Assembly (NCBI GenBank): GCA_963532875.1
Contig: CAUSLO010000002.1
Location: 1,377 to 65,376 of the forward strand
From: an uncultured Clostridia bacterium
GTDB lineage: Bacteria > Bacillota > Clostridia > Christensenellales > CAG-917
Reading direction: 5' to 3'
Length of the DNA: 64,000 nt
The stretch's first letter is position 1. Every line of letters begins with the position of its first letter. Both the position numbers and the translations under genes were made by a program. The notes under the pieces were generated by a model. That model saw nothing but the letters and a program-made list of their open reading frames with translations. It was not told the DNA's origin and ran no database searches. Shown one piece after another: positions 52,428 through 61,000 of this stretch.

Positions 52428-53674
52428 TTTATCCCTCCCAAAAAAGATACAAGATCTTTAACATTCTCTACGTTACCATTCACCATGTTCTTGACCTTAT
52501 ATCCCTTATTTTTTATCTCATCTTCGCCAATTATTATTAAGTATTTGCTTTGCACCTTATCTGCATGTTTAAGTTGAGCCTTTAAACTTCTTTCCATGAT
52601 GTCATACTCAACGGACACCCCTACTTCTCTTAAATCTAAAACCAACTTCATTGCATAACTTCTACATTCAGCACTGTATGTTGCAATATATACATCTGGC
52701 TTATCATCAACTGCTTTTAATTTGTTAGTATTCTCCAACACCAACAAAAGTCTCTCAATACCTAACCCAAATCCTATGCCTGGGGTACTTTGACCGCCTA
52801 ATTCTGCTATTAAGTTGTTATATCGTCCTCCACCACAAACTGTGCCTTGTGCTCCAATATCGTTAGAGGTAAATTCAAAAACAAACTTAGTATAGTAATC
52901 AAGCCCCCTAACTAACTTATTGTTTACAACGTACTTGATTCCGTTTTTATCCAACAACTCGCAAATACCTTTGAAATATGCCTTACAGTCATCGCAGAGG
53001 TAGTCTGTTATCTTTGGGGCTTCAGTTATTAATGAATTACATTTAGTCTCTTTACAATCGAAAATACGCAGTGGATTTGTATCTTTTCTTTTTTTGCACT
53101 GCTCGCATAAACAATCTTCTTTTGATGCTAAAAATTTCTTCAATTTTTCATTATATTTAGGTCTGCAATTCTCGCAACCAATACTGTTTACATTTAACGT
53201 CAAAGAATCCAAGCCAACTGTTCTCAAAAACTTATATGCAAACATCAAAACTTCAAAATCTGAATACACACTTGAACTACCAAATAACTCAACGCCAAAT
53301 TGGTGATGTTCTCTTAGTCTACCATTTTGAGGCTTTTCATATCTGAATACTGGGGTTATATAAAATAACTTTAGAGGTGATGGTAACTGAGATAAGCCAT
53401 TTTCAATATATGACCTTACAACCCCCGCTGTTCCTTCAGGTTTCAATGTAATGCTACGTTCACCCTTATCAATGAACGTATACATCTCTTTATTTACTAC
53501 ATCACTACTTTCACCCATGCCACGTGCGAACAGTTCTGTGGCCTCAAATGTTGGAGTTCTGATTTCTTTGAAATTATATAACTTGGCAAGTTCTCGTGCC
53601 GTACTTTCTACATAGTGCCACTTATATACATCTTGAGGCAGTATATCTTTTGTTCCTTTTTGAATTTTAATCAT
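52424..53674 (-). CDS. hisS: histidine--tRNA ligase
   Basis: Class II motifs [20 protein letters not shown] and GGGRYNNL, 416 aa. Confidence 0.95.
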   Translation of the reverse strand: MIKIQKGTKDILPQDVYKWHYVESTARELAKLYNFKEIRTPTFEATELFARGMGESSDVVNKEMYTFIDKGERSITLKPEGTAGVVRSYIENGLSQLPSPLKLFYITPVFRYEKPQNGRLREHHQFGVELFGSSSVYSDFEVLMFAYKFLRTVGLDSLTLNVNSIGCENCRPKYNEKLKKFLASKEDCLCEQCKKRKDTNPLRIFDCKETKCNSLITEAPKITDYLCDDCKAYFKGICELLDKNGIKYVVNNKLVRGLDYYTKFVFEFTSNDIGAQGTVCGGGRYNNLIAELGGQSTPGIGFGLGIERLLLVLENTNKLKAVDDKPDVYIATYSAECRSYAMKLVLDLREVGVSVEYDIMERSLKAQLKHADKVQSKYLIIIGEDEIKNKGYKVKNMVNGNVENVKDLVSFLGGIK

Positions 53675-53683
53675 TACTGCCTT

Positions 53684-55012
53684 CTATAAAATATATTTAG
53701 ATAAGTCTAATTCTCTCAACTCCTTTGAAAGATGCTTTTGTATATATTTCTTATCAATTACTACCTTTTTAGTCTTGTTATCATCTGCTTCAAACAAGAT
53801 ATCTTTCAAAATGCTTTCTGTAACTGCGTGTAACCTTCTAGCCCCCAAGTTTTCTGAGTTTTCATTTTCATAAAATGATATTCTTGCTATTTCTGTTATA
53901 GCATCATCTGCGAACTCAAGAGTCACTCCATCAACGCTTAGCAAAGCCTTATATTGCTTTAAAACAGCGTTATCTGGCTCTGTTAATATTCTTACAAAAT
54001 CTTCCTCAGATAAATTGCTCAACTCAACTCTAATTGGAAATCTACCTTGCAACTCTGGAATTAAGTCCTCAACTCTTGAGAGATGGAAAGCACCTGCTGC
54101 GATAAATAAGATATAGTCTGTCTTAATTGCTCCATACTTTGTTTGTACTGTGCTCCCTTCAACAATTGGAAGGATATCTCTTTGAACACCTTCTCTAGAA
54201 ACCTCATGTTGTCCACTGTTTACGTTTTTACTTGCTACTTTATCAATTTCATCAATAAAGACCACGCCATCTTGTTCTGCTCTTAGAAGTGCCTCGCTTT
54301 GAATCATGTCCTTGTCCAACATCTTATCTGCTTCAGAAGCAACTAGAGTTTCCATTGCTTGTTTTACAGTTAACTTCTTCTTTTTAGGTTTTTCATTTGC
54401 ACCGAAAATACTACCTAGAACTGCTCCAAATTCAACTTGATCTGTTTGTCCGCCAAGTGTTGAAACTTGCAAAGGCTTAGGTTGTTCTGTTACTTCAACT
54501 TCGACAATGAAGTTATCTAATCTTCCAGCAAGAATTTCAGACGCAATTTCTTCTCTCATTTGAGCATCTGATTTGTCATTGCTTCCTGATTTTTTTCTCA
54601 TTTCTAGAATTTCAGCTGTTATTTTACGAACTGCTCTTTCTTTTGCCTTAGGATTAACTTCCTTGAGTTTTTCACTCTTTACAAGTGCTAATGAAGCCTC
54701 AACAAGGTCTCTGATAATACTTTCAACATCTCTACCTACATATCCAACTTCAGTGAATTTTGTTGCTTCAACTTTGACAAAAGGTGCTTTAACAATCTTT
54801 GCCAACCTACGTGCAATTTCTGTTTTACCTACCCCTGTAGGCCCTTTCATTATTATGTTTTTTGGTGTGATTTCTTCTTTTATTTCTTCAGGCAACTTTG
54901 CTCTTCTGTATCTATTTCGCAATGCAATTGCAACTGCTTTTTTTGCTTCATGTTGTCCTATAATATATCTATCTAATTCATGAACAATTTGTTTTGGTGT
55001 TAGTTCATCCAT
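53684..55012 (-). CDS. hslU: ATP-dependent protease ATPase subunit HslU
   Basis: GPTGVGKTEIARRLA Walker A, VFIDEIDK Walker B, and an I-domain insertion; 442 aa. Confidence 0.9.
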   Translation of the reverse strand: MDELTPKQIVHELDRYIIGQHEAKKAVAIALRNRYRRAKLPEEIKEEITPKNIIMKGPTGVGKTEIARRLAKIVKAPFVKVEATKFTEVGYVGRDVESIIRDLVEASLALVKSEKLKEVNPKAKERAVRKITAEILEMRKKSGSNDKSDAQMREEIASEILAGRLDNFIVEVEVTEQPKPLQVSTLGGQTDQVEFGAVLGSIFGANEKPKKKKLTVKQAMETLVASEADKMLDKDMIQSEALLRAEQDGVVFIDEIDKVASKNVNSGQHEVSREGVQRDILPIVEGSTVQTKYGAIKTDYILFIAAGAFHLSRVEDLIPELQGRFPIRVELSNLSEEDFVRILTEPDNAVLKQYKALLSVDGVTLEFADDAITEIARISFYENENSENLGARRLHAVTESILKDILFEADDNKTKKVVIDKKYIQKHLSKELRELDLSKYIL

Positions 55013-55073
55013 ATTTTACCTCTCAAAATTTAACGTTATTTTAATGATATAACAAGTCTTTGAATAAATAAAG

Positions 55074-55108
55074 CAAAAAAGTACTGTCTTAAAAGAAAGA
55101 CAGTACTT
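55074..55108 (-). terminator. rho-independent terminator after dnaJ
   Basis: The minus strand reads (AA)GTACTGTCTT-TCTTTT-AAGACAGTAC(TT) followed by TTTTTGCTTTATTT. This is a perfect 10-12 bp stem about 25 nt after the dnaJ stop. Confidence 0.7.
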
Positions 55109-55131
55109 GCAAATCTTTTGTTGTTTTTTGA

Positions 55132-56292
55132 TTAACGATTTAAACTTACTTGATACTCTTTTAGAGTCTTCATGTACTCAGCAGTTTTAGTATATTGGTC
55201 TATTGAGAACAATGTGTTCATATCATTTAGCAATTGTTTTTGAGTTGCTGTGATGTTTTTAGGGTGTTCAACAATAACTGTTGCTAACAGGTCTCCTCTA
55301 CCGCCTAGAACCTTTCCTGGAATTCCTTGTCCCTTAATTCTTAACACATCACCGTTCTTTGTATTTTCTGGTACATCCAATATATCCATCCCATTTAAAA
55401 CTGGAACTGGTACTTTTGTTCCAATACAAGCACCTATGAAGGATACTGGGACTTCTATTAAAAGGTTATGACCTTCAATTGTGAAGAATCTGTGTTTTTC
55501 AACATTGACTTCTAAGATTAAGTCCCCATTCTTTCCGCCATTCTTTCCATAGTTACCTTGTCCAGCGAATGTTATTTTTGTGCCAGATACAACTCCTGCT
55601 GGTATCTTTGCTTTGATTACTGCAATAGTCTCAACTAACTTATTTCCGCCACATTTTGGACATGTTGAAACTTTAATTGTTCCTATACCATTACATGTAG
55701 GGCAAATAATTGTTGATTGAGAGAATAACGTAGTCTTTGGAACGATCTTTTTCCCTTTACATTGTGGGCATAATGTTGGTTGTCCACCTGGTATAAAGCC
55801 TGTTCCATTACATGATTTACATTCTCTCAAACATTTAACTTTTAAAGGCTTAGTTGTTCCTAGACATGCCTCATCGAATGTAAGTGTTACACTTGTACGG
55901 ATATCGCTTCCATCTACTGGTTTTGCTGCAGGTTCTGCTTTTGGTTTTTGTGCTGTGCTTGCACTCGCACTTGCTGTACTTGTTTTTCTTGTTGCAGTTG
56001 CCGATGCTGTTGCACTTGATTGAGGTCTTGTTTGTGCTTGAGGCTCTGGTCTTGCCGCTGGTCTTAAACCTAAACTCTCATCATATTTTGCTTTCTTTTC
56101 TGGATTTGACAAAATAACGTATGCATTTGTCATTTGTGTAAAGACTGCCTGTGCCTTTTGCTTTTGAATTTCAGGAGCATTCGAGAATAAATCTGGATGA
56201 TATTTTTTAGCCAACTGCCTATATGCAGTCTTTATTTGGTCATCTGTAGCTGTTTTGCTTACGCCTAACATTTCATAATGTGTCTTAGCCAT
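55132..56292 (-). CDS. dnaJ: co-chaperone DnaJ (type I-like, G/F region replaced by an Ala/Ser/Thr/Pro/Gln linker)
   Basis: J-domain with YHPD. There are four Zn-finger repeats: CKSCNGTG, CPQCKGKK, CPTCNGIG, CPKCGGNK. A C-terminal substrate-binding domain follows. Confidence 0.9.
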   Translation of the reverse strand: MAKTHYEMLGVSKTATDDQIKTAYRQLAKKYHPDLFSNAPEIQKQKAQAVFTQMTNAYVILSNPEKKAKYDESLGLRPAARPEPQAQTRPQSSATASATATRKTSTASASASTAQKPKAEPAAKPVDGSDIRTSVTLTFDEACLGTTKPLKVKCLRECKSCNGTGFIPGGQPTLCPQCKGKKIVPKTTLFSQSTIICPTCNGIGTIKVSTCPKCGGNKLVETIAVIKAKIPAGVVSGTKITFAGQGNYGKNGGKNGDLILEVNVEKHRFFTIEGHNLLIEVPVSFIGACIGTKVPVPVLNGMDILDVPENTKNGDVLRIKGQGIPGKVLGGRGDLLATVIVEHPKNITATQKQLLNDMNTLFSIDQYTKTAEYMKTLKEYQVSLNR

Positions 56293-57820
56293 CTTTACCT
56301 ACCTTTACTTGTGCAGGACGAATTAACGTCTCTTCTAATAAATATCCTTTTGAAACAACTTCTACTACATATCCAGGTTTTCCTTCAACCTGCAAAATTG
56401 CACTCATTAAATTAGGATCAAACTTTGCACCCTCAGTTTCTACTTCCTTCAATCCAAATTTCTTCAATGCATCAATTATTTGCGTCTCTAACATGGTAAA
56501 CCCAATTAGAGCATCCTTATCTTTAATTTGATCTTTTGCGAATCCTATATTATCTAAAACAGGCAATAACTCAGCAACTACTTTAGACATACCTAGCATC
56601 TTCATTTCATTTGACAGATTTGCTGAACGTTTCTTGTAGTTATTAAAGTCATCTTGTATTCTCTTAGCAAATGCCTTTACTGTCTCCATTTCGCCTTCAG
56701 ACGCTTCCAATGCCTTAACTAACTGTTCTGTTTTCCCTGAGTCTTCTTGTGCGGTTTCCTCTGTCGCTGTCGCCTTTCCACCCTTCTTAGAATTTGCTTC
56801 AGCCAACTTTGTCTTTAACTTTTCGCTGTTATCCTCACTCTTTTTAAGTTCAACATTTAGTTTTTTAAGTAGGTCTTCTTGCTCTTTCAATAACTTGTTT
56901 TTCTCTGCAAGAATGTCGTTACCTTCTTTAGTCATATTCTTTTTATATGTTGCGAAATCTTGTTTTAACTTAGCATCTTCCTCTGCTGCCTTTTGCAACT
57001 CAACTCTAAGTTTCTTCTCCATATCTGAAACCTTATTGTATTCAGTTTGAAGTCCGTTAAGTTTCATCTCTAGAACTTTGTAGTCTTTTTCTTTTTCTCT
57101 TGCAAATGCCGTTGCTTGTTGTTCTCTTTCAGAACTTGCTTGCAACTTTTGATTAACAAGGTTGTATTGTTCTTGTAACTTATTGGCAGTTGTCTGTACT
57201 TGTCTTAATTGTTCTTGCATTGAACGTAGCATCATGTTGGCTTGATTTAGTTTTTCTTTTGACTGAGGATCACCATTCGTTACCATTTGCTTAAGAGCCT
57301 CAACCGCCTTTGCTTCGTTTCTTCTACTTATTTCAAAATTTGCTCTTAAGTTATTAAATTGGTTTATTAGAACTTGCATTTGTTCTTTTTGCCAAAGTAT
57401 ATATCTAGCACGTTCATTGAATTGTTGCAAAAACTCCGATTGTGATCTTGGTTGTGGCATTTTGAGAACATCAAATGGTTGCTTAGCCATACTTTGAGAC
57501 ACTTGTTGTTGCATCGTTGGTTGCTGCTGTTGGATCTTTTGCTGTGGCATCACTTTCTGTTGGGTTACAGTCGCTTGTGGTTCTTGCCTTTTATCTATAT
57601 TAGGAATTGGTTGCTTAATTGGAACTTTTTTAGGTGGCTCTTTTTCTGGAATAGCAACCATAGTTGGCACTTGCATGTCCACTAAATCATCTTCTAAGAT
57701 TTCTGCAACTAAATATTCCGCCTCTTCCGCTGGCTCAGAATGCTTTTGTTCTAAATCATCAAGTTTAGCCTTTATTTCATCTATGCTTTTCTTTTCTTTA
57801 GTAGCCAAATTACTCTCCAA
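56285..57820 (-). CDS. grpE: GrpE nucleotide exchange factor with a ~360-aa N-terminal Gln-rich/coiled-coil extension
   Basis: The last ~150 aa are GrpE: DFNNYKKRSANL..., LPVLDNIGFA, KFDPNLMSAILQVE, IRPAQVKV. The track start is TTG 57820. An alternative is TTG 57808, preceded by GGAGAG. Confidence 0.8.
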   Translation of the reverse strand: MESNLATKEKKSIDEIKAKLDDLEQKHSEPAEEAEYLVAEILEDDLVDMQVPTMVAIPEKEPPKKVPIKQPIPNIDKRQEPQATVTQQKVMPQQKIQQQQPTMQQQVSQSMAKQPFDVLKMPQPRSQSEFLQQFNERARYILWQKEQMQVLINQFNNLRANFEISRRNEAKAVEALKQMVTNGDPQSKEKLNQANMMLRSMQEQLRQVQTTANKLQEQYNLVNQKLQASSEREQQATAFAREKEKDYKVLEMKLNGLQTEYNKVSDMEKKLRVELQKAAEEDAKLKQDFATYKKNMTKEGNDILAEKNKLLKEQEDLLKKLNVELKKSEDNSEKLKTKLAEANSKKGGKATATEETAQEDSGKTEQLVKALEASEGEMETVKAFAKRIQDDFNNYKKRSANLSNEMKMLGMSKVVAELLPVLDNIGFAKDQIKDKDALIGFTMLETQIIDALKKFGLKEVETEGAKFDPNLMSAILQVEGKPGYVVEVVSKGYLLEETLIRPAQVKVGKDG

Positions 57821-57888
57821 ACAAATATTTGCTCAGTTTCTATACTTTCCCTATATCCGCCATTGCTATGTATAACAAGATATATGAA

Positions 57889-57897
57889 ATCATACCA
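57889..57897 (-). promoter_or_regulatory. candidate extended -10 promoter element for grpE-dnaJ
   Basis: The minus strand reads TGGTATGAT (TGN plus TATGAT) about 70 nt upstream of the grpE start. The -35 is weak. Confidence 0.3.
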
Positions 57898-58028
57898 CAT
57901 TTACAAACAATTTTCTATCTTAAATTTTTCCCCAAGATTTGAGCCCATCCGCACCGAGAGCACCCAAAATCCTAAATCTCACCTTACTTTAGATTTTCAA
58001 TTCATCATAATCATTTGACTTTCCCTAC

Positions 58029-58055
58029 AAAAAAGAACACTTCATATAGCACTCT
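58029..58055 (-). terminator. weak terminator-like hairpin after the giant gene
   Basis: The minus strand reads AGAGTGCT-ATATGA-AGTGTTCT followed by TTTTT. The stem has 5 Watson-Crick and 3 G-U pairs. Confidence 0.3.
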
Positions 58056-58087
58056 TCCCTGTATGACGGTTTCATTCTGTACATGTT

Positions 58088-61000
58088 TTAGTTCACTCTA
58101 ACTGCAGGTCTCATACCTAATAACTGTATAGGAGTCCACCATGAGAAGTGCCCATCAGGATACAAAACCCACATTGAATTTCCATCTGCACAAGCCGTTG
58201 CTAATCTTGTAAACTGATATACATTACTTATCTGTGAATCTCCTTTTTGATAACTGTTGATTCCTCTTAAACTGCCATAGTGTTCATATAACAGCGTTCC
58301 ATAATCTGTAATTCCATTATATTTCATTTTGCTACGAGGCACATTATTATTGTACCAGCCAACGTTATCATTAAATTCTATTACATCACGTCCGCTAATT
58401 TTTGGCATTACAACTAAGGCAACTCTCATTTTAACTTTAACAACCTTATCGAGATATTCTTTTAAATATGAACTAGCATAATTATTGCTACCATCCTCTG
58501 CATTCAATACAGAAACCTCAAGCGTCTTTTTTGTCCATTTTTGAGCATTGTTGGTTGGGAACTCGTCTAAATGTACATATTCATATTTATAGTATCTATA
58601 TTGACCGCTTATATTAACTCTCTCATATTTTTCACCCTTGTAATATACAGTTGTTGTGTATATTGTTGAGTACTTAACATATTTTGAGAATGTTTCGTCG
58701 CCGTCACCTGAGACTTTAGGTTCACCACTTGGATAGTAGCGTGATTGTGGATAATATCCAATGTATCTATCTTTAGATTTATCAGTATAGTGTGCCCAAA
58801 TCCTATACTGTTTCCCTTCCTCATTTATTGCGTGAGACGCATATCCGTTAAGAGTGATACCTTTGTGGGTTGAATCTAGATATAAGTCATTATTATTATC
58901 TGAAACCAATGGCTTCAAAGTATATGGACTTGTAGCAAATTTCTTATATGGTACGCTGATATTTATGGTGTCGTAATTTCTATATCCAGTGATTCCATCT
59001 GCTGAATATCTTAGATTGTCTCCCCTAATTCCTTGTAAATTTATTTCTACCTTTGCATCTGGTTTCTTTTGATATTTGACTTGTACGTCATATGTTTTAC
59101 CTGATTCGGTGATTCTAATATTACCTGTATATCCAGTTTGGTTTACATAATCACTAATCTGTGATGTGTACATTGCTCCAGAATATTTAAGATCTTGTAA
59201 TTCATATACATTTGTAGCAAACTTTCTAAATGGAATATTTACGGTTATATTATTTCCGCTGGCATATGCAACTATTCCATCGTGATCGTATCTTAGACTT
59301 GTTGCTGTTATACCATTCAACCCAATCTTAACTGTAGCCCCAGGTTTTACTCCATACTTAACCTTTGTATGATAAGTTTCGCCTGACTTATTAATTGTTG
59401 AATTACTCGTATAGCCATTTTGTTCAGCGTAATCTTGTATCTTGTTTGAATACAATAAACCACTATAAACAAGATTTTTCAAAGTGTATGGGAATTTTTG
59501 TTCATAAATCTTTAATCTTATTGTTGACCCACTTAATGCCCCATCAATACCATCGCTTTGGTATCTTAGATTTGTTGCTGTTAGTCCATCAACGTCTATG
59601 TTTACATAAGAATATCTCCACCTTGTTTTAAGTGTTAAAATAACGTTAGCAGTAACCTGATTTGAATTATTGAATAAATAACGTGTTGAACCGTTTTTCC
59701 ATCCAACGAATGCATCATCAGTAGTGTCATCTACATATGGCTCTTCATTACCATCAAATATATATCCGTGCCTGTATGAAATTATTTTATTGTTGTTTGA
59801 AACTGACTGATGTCCTTTTAATTTATCTATCTTAACAGTTGCATCTGTATTCAATGTAACTGTGCGAATATTTCTAATCAAAATTACGTCAAGTCCTATA
59901 TTAGGTACAGAAACATCAATTGGGGAATTAATTGCCAAATCAACACCGTTTCTCTTAAATTGTATATCATTACTGTTATAAATAGTTGTATTCATTTTAC
60001 TTCTAATAAACTCAACCAATTCACTAGGCTTAATTTGTTCGCCATCTGTCTTTCTAATTCCAGCGATATAACTTTCTTGCATTCCTTCTGCTGTATTATC
60101 AAGCCCTGGTCCAGAAGTCTTCTGACCATATACTCTAAGCATAATAGGTACTTTTTGTGCTCTATTCCACATTGGATATAATACTTTTGTAGGCTGTGCA
60201 AAATCTTCGTCTCTATCAAAGACATGATTGATATGATCAAACTTTGGAGCATCTTCTGCATAGTTCTCTATATAGTTGATTCCTTGTTCTGAGAAATGCT
60301 TTAATGATGCAAATGTCTCACTATCCCAACCAGATTGACGATATGTAACTGATGTTGGAATTGGGGCCATCTTTGCACCAAAAATAACAGTTTGTTCTGC
60401 AATGCTTGATGGACTTGATCCAGTTGGCATACTAAATTGAACAGTTACTCTCTTTCTCTTCATCCTGTATGTAAATATATTCTTGTCTAATCTTAAATCA
60501 AATTCATCATCACCGTTTCCATCGTACGTGATTTGATTTGCTTCAGATACATATGGACGTTTGATAACATCACTAAGTTTTCTAGCAATTGCTGATCTAT
60601 ATTCATTTGGTATAACCTTACTTCCCAATTGTCCATCAAACGGGAGTTTATATTCTCCATCTAATGCAATATCATCTACTACATGTTCATAACTTCCGCC
60701 TGCAACTGTCTCAAACTGCATTCCAGCATATATTGGTACACCTTGAACTGCATGCCAACGTGCGTAAAATGTTACTGTTGCTCCAAATCTCTTATATTCT
60801 TCTTTATCAAATGAGATATTTGTTGGGTTAGTTGCCTCTGCACTTGCTGTATCAAGTTCACTGTATCCTCGAAAGAATGTCGGATACTTTACTCCACCAA
60901 CAGTAACATCTAAACCTTGTGGTGAATATTCTTCATTAGATGATAATCCTCCACCTACATATACTGTTGTTGGTGATGGCATTCCTCTAACTTCGATTCC

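Noticed and set aside
55013-55131. A hidden hslV or other small gene between dnaJ and hslU
   Set aside because: The gap is only 119 nt. It is occupied by a strong terminator hairpin and promoter/SD-like sequence, and no ORF of meaningful length is present.
58047-58054. CIRCE/HrcA operator upstream of grpE (TAGCACTC half-site)
   Set aside because: Only one half-site is present. No GAGTGCTAA partner lies 9 nt away or anywhere else in the spacer. The half-site also sits inside the weak terminator hairpin, upstream of the putative promoter.
57821-58620. Diversity-generating retroelement acting on the C-terminal lectin-like domain of the giant protein
   Set aside because: The spacer downstream shows no template-repeat-like copy of the C-terminal coding sequence. 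No reverse transcriptase or Avd-like gene exists in the window, and the next genes are grpE-dnaJ.
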